Source: Catajapyx aquilonaris
Lineage: Eukaryota
Assembly: GCA_000934665.2 (NCBI GenBank)
Contig: KZ538493.1
Span: forward strand, 46,558-66,557
Reading direction: 5' to 3'
Length of the DNA: 20,000 nt
The position numbers were made by a program, and so were the translations under genes. Of the stretch, positions 18,453 through 20,000 are shown in pieces (the first letter of the stretch is position 1; each line of letters starts with the position of its first letter). The notes beneath the pieces are model-generated. The model ran no database searches. It was not told where the DNA came from and was given only the letters and a program-made list of their open reading frames with translations.

Positions 18453-19190
18453 TCAAGTTGTTGTATGAATACGTCGCACATGATTAGTCATGTTATGCTT
18501 CATCGTGAACTTACGATTGCAAAATTGGCAAGAATATGGCTGTTCTCCTGTATGTACACGCATATGTCTAATCAATTCATATTTTGTAGCATGACATTTA
18601 AGGCACACGTGACAACTGAATGGTGTCTCACCTGTGTGGGCCATTCTGTGACGTTTCAGATGCTGATTTTGGGCAAAAGTCCTCCCACATACCTCACATC
18701 CATAAGGTTTTAACCCAAGATGAACCGCTTTCATATGAATAGATCGAGCGTAATTACTGCTGTAGCTGGCACCACACAATTTGCAGTAAAACTTTGCTTT
18801 ACTACCTCCTGGACGGACCTTACCATGCGCTGAATGGGTCAGCTGATGAGAAACAAATTCTACCTTGTCATTGGTAGCATATGAACACACTTTGCAACAG
18901 AATGACGCAGGTTTTTTGGCCCCTTTCTCTCCCTTTCTCCTCCTCTTGCATCTCAATAGGGTCCTCTCAGTCTCATTTTCCTGGACATGCTCTGGAGATG
19001 CACTTCCTCCAGATGATTCTCCCTGCACCACAAAGCTGTTTTGTTGTCCTGAGTGAGAAACCTGCATAACCTCCTCTTCCTGTTCACCTCTCACTGTATG
19101 CGACTTGACACATTCTTCCAGAGCAGATGGAATGTTGAAAGTCTTGCTGCAGATGCCACATTGAAAAGGGTCCCTGGATGGCAGCTGGCT
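18453..19190 (-). CDS. Terminal zinc-finger exon of paralog gene C (upstream exons not in window)
   Basis: Acceptor TCCAAAG|AGCCAG as in genes A and B; one C2CH and five C2H2 fingers; TGA at 18453. Flanking intron 19190-19420 is homologous to 16034-16280. Confidence 0.87.
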   Translation of the reverse strand, partial: SQLPSRDPFQCGICSKTFNIPSALEECVKSHTVRGEQEEEVMQVSHSGQQNSFVVQGESSGGSASPEHVQENETERTLLRCKRRRKGEKGAKKPASFCCKVCSYATNDKVEFVSHQLTHSAHGKVRPGGSKAKFYCKLCGASYSSNYARSIHMKAVHLGLKPYGCEVCGRTFAQNQHLKRHRMAHTGETPFSCHVCLKCHATKYELIRHMRVHTGEQPYSCQFCNRKFTMKHNMTNHVRRIHTTT

Positions 19191-19643
19191 CTTTGGATAT
19201 AAATGGATAAAAATTAGTGTCAACCTGTCATGATAATCCTAAGATGCTTCTGTAAATAACTTTCACACTTTATAATCCCTTCCAATTCCCCAAGGTCTAA
19301 GCAATCAACATGAGCATTATGTTTTAAATGCAGTTTTTACCCCTTCAAACCCCCTATTTTCTGCAATTCATTAAATATTAAGCTCATTAATCCATGTACT
19401 ATCCGTTGCAAAAACTTTCGGTCACTTCGTCCTGACTCTTTCATTCATCCGGGGTCTTGAAGCAACACTTCACACATGCCCCCAAGGTAAGGAGGGGTGT
19501 GTTTGTGACTGTATGTCTGTGGTTATCTGCTGAGTTTTTTTTACTCCACCCTTAATCTCACATTCTCCCTCGGCGCCCGCTCGCTTGTCTTTGTAACCAG
19601 AAATTCAAGTACGACACCAAATATTATGGTTTTATTTTGCTGA

Positions 19644-19668
19644 CTAGAAAAACCCTCGCTACGCTCGC
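19644..19668 (-). mobile_element. Possible Helitron 3' terminus
   Basis: Minus strand GCGAGCGTAGCGAGGG-TTTTT-CTAG|T: a GC-rich subterminal motif followed by CTAG before T. The 5' end is not identified. Confidence 0.4.
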
Positions 19669-20000
19669 ATTTTTCTATGCGGGAGGCGTAGAAAATGTAC
19701 ACTTCCCATTAATTATACATCTATCCCTCTGCGGACTACACCTGATTTATATAAATTCCCCAGCACTATGAGGACTTCATTCACTTCAATGGTGCATGCC
19801 AACCCAGTGCTGTCTGCATTGTTTAGCATGACATGTGCTTATGCTTGTGGCCTATTATCTTTGCATTTCATTGTCATTAATAGTTGACTAATTAATAACA
19901 ATGAACGAGGACGGAATCAGGGAGCATATACTACATAAGAGGCGCAAACATTCGATTTTTTTCGTCTCTCTGTTTATGGCGTTGTCAAGGCTGGCGGCCA

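Noticed and set aside
153..19069. Numerous plus-strand ORFs (e.g. 14802-15314, 12570-12881, 18387-18713)
   Set aside because: They are antisense shadows of minus-strand exons; their similarity to each other simply reflects the gene duplication.
1..20000. CRISPR array or prokaryotic defence system
   Set aside because: There are no regularly spaced direct repeats with unique spacers and no cas-like ORFs; the sequence is intron-containing eukaryotic DNA.

Overview
Eukaryotic (animal, probably arthropod/insect) genomic DNA. It has GT-AG introns and no prokaryotic operon or CRISPR signal. Every host gene I can model lies on the minus strand, in a compact tandem cluster of transcription-factor-like genes. 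Reading right to left: four related C2H2 zinc-finger genes, two tandemly duplicated THAP-domain modules, and a disrupted gene with a BEN-like domain. The four zinc-finger genes are the last exon of one at 18453-19190, an intact 4-exon gene at 15299-18124, a frameshifted copy at 12603-14971 and a divergent copy at 5756-11150. Three of the zinc-finger genes and the BEN-like gene start with the same ~45-aa coiled-coil exon (LLERSL.Q..RIER....D.RM.RIEG.IL), which I cannot assign to a known ZF-associated domain. All four ZF exons open with an atypical C-x2-C-x12-C-x3-H finger. Intron 2 of the divergent gene holds a 3.3-kb TTAA-flanked element with perfect 14-bp TIRs (Kolobok-like). It has lost its transposase core but keeps an uninterrupted 432-codon DEDDh exonuclease ORF with a PML/Plex9-like tail, and this ORF's splice acceptor is in phase with the host coiled-coil exons. 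Several MITEs (mariner-, piggyBac- and possibly Harbinger-type) and a possible Helitron 3' end are also present. Exon models come from manual reading of splice sites and phase, not from transcript data.
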